Assembly: GCA_049281755.1 (NCBI GenBank)
Contig: JBAPSR010000458.1
Span: 1-39,739, forward strand
Source: Candidatus Binataceae bacterium
GTDB taxonomy: Bacteria > Desulfobacterota > Binatia > Binatales > Binataceae
DNA length: 39,739 bases
Direction: 5' to 3'
The first letter of the stretch is position 1. Every line of letters begins with the position of its first letter. The notes under the pieces were generated by a model, which was not told where the DNA came from, searched no databases, and worked only from the letters and a program-made list of their open reading frames with translations. The translations under genes were made by a program, and so were the position numbers. Shown one piece after another: positions 39,090 to 39,739 of the stretch.

Positions 39090-39739
39090 ATGCAGAACGA
39101 TTGGCGAGATCTGACCAAACCCAAGTCGGTTGAATTCGAAGAAAAAGAACTAACGCCCAGCTACGGACGTTTCTTCGCCGAACCGCTCGAACGCGGCTAC
39201 GGAATCACGATCGGCAACGCGCTCAGGCGCGTGCTGCTGTCGTCGCTTCCGGGCTTTGCGATCTGCGCGGTGCGGATCAAGGGCGTGCTCCACGAGTTCT
39301 CGACCCTGCCCGGCGTCAAGGAGGACGTGACCGATATCGTCCTCAACCTCAAGGAAGTCCGCGTGCGCCTGCATGAGGGCGACCAGATAACCGCCACGCT
39401 CAAGGTCAAGGGAGAAGCCGTGGTCACGGCGCGCGATATCACTGGCGGCGCGAGCCTCGAGATCCTCACTCCCGATCAGCATATCGTCTCGCTCGACAAA
39501 GGCGCCGACCTGGACATGGAACTCGTGATCAAGCGCGGCCGCGGCTACGTACCGGCCGAGCGTGGCGAGGAAGACGAACCGATCGGAACCGTGCGTCTGG
39601 ACGCGATCTATTCGCCAATCAAGAAAGTCAACTTCACCGTCACCAACGCGCGTGTCGGCCAGCGCACCGATTACGATCGGCTCGCGCTCGAACTCTGGAC
39701 CGACGGCTCGATTGGCCCGCGCGAGGCGCTGACCTACGC
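39090..39739 (+). CDS. rpoA: DNA-directed RNA polymerase subunit alpha, N-terminal part (truncated by window end)
   Basis: Absent from the ORF track because no stop codon falls within the window. Hand translation from ATG 39090 gives MQNDWRDLTKPKSVEFEEKELTPSYGRFFAEPLERGYGITIGNALRRVLLSSLPGFAI...VKEDVTDIVLNLKEV..., a typical alpha N-terminal domain. The frame stays open to position 39739. Confidence 0.93.
   Translation, partial: MQNDWRDLTKPKSVEFEEKELTPSYGRFFAEPLERGYGITIGNALRRVLLSSLPGFAICAVRIKGVLHEFSTLPGVKEDVTDIVLNLKEVRVRLHEGDQITATLKVKGEAVVTARDITGGASLEILTPDQHIVSLDKGADLDMELVIKRGRGYVPAERGEEDEPIGTVRLDAIYSPIKKVNFTVTNARVGQRTDYDRLALELWTDGSIGPREALTY

Overview
This GC-rich window is almost entirely core housekeeping DNA from a Gram-negative-type bacterium, as shown by the presence of LptF/LptG. 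I cannot assign a lineage from sequence alone. The first ~7.3 kb hold an LplA-like protein, lptG and lptF on the minus strand, then an rlmB-like SpoU methyltransferase on the plus strand, then a large soluble hybrid histidine kinase (four PAS domains, HisKA, HATPase, receiver) on the minus strand. From ~7.5 kb to the window end everything lies on the plus strand in the classic translation/transcription super-cluster. The order is tRNA-Thr/Tyr/Gly/Thr, rpmG, tRNA-Trp, secE-nusG-rplKAJL-rpoBC, the str operon (rpsL-rpsG-fusA-tuf), the S10 operon, the spc operon through secY-adk-map-infA-rpmJ, and the start of the alpha operon (rpsM-rpsK-rpsD-rpoA, with rpoA truncated by the window end). Three genes missing from the ORF track were found by reading the sequence: rpmG (54 aa), rpmJ (37 aa) and the 5' part of rpoA. 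Five tRNAs were folded by hand. I see no mobile elements, CRISPR arrays, defence-like cassettes or unexplained gene-sized gaps, and no evidence of a novel multi-gene system. The observations worth a second look are small: a four-cysteine cluster inside EF-Tu, an LplA-like protein that seems to lack the catalytic lysine, Lys/Ala/Pro-rich low-complexity extensions on several ribosomal proteins (largest on L5), an 11-bp-phased direct repeat upstream of the kinase, and a few leader or attenuator structures. The many long antisense ORFs in the track are GC-bias artefacts.
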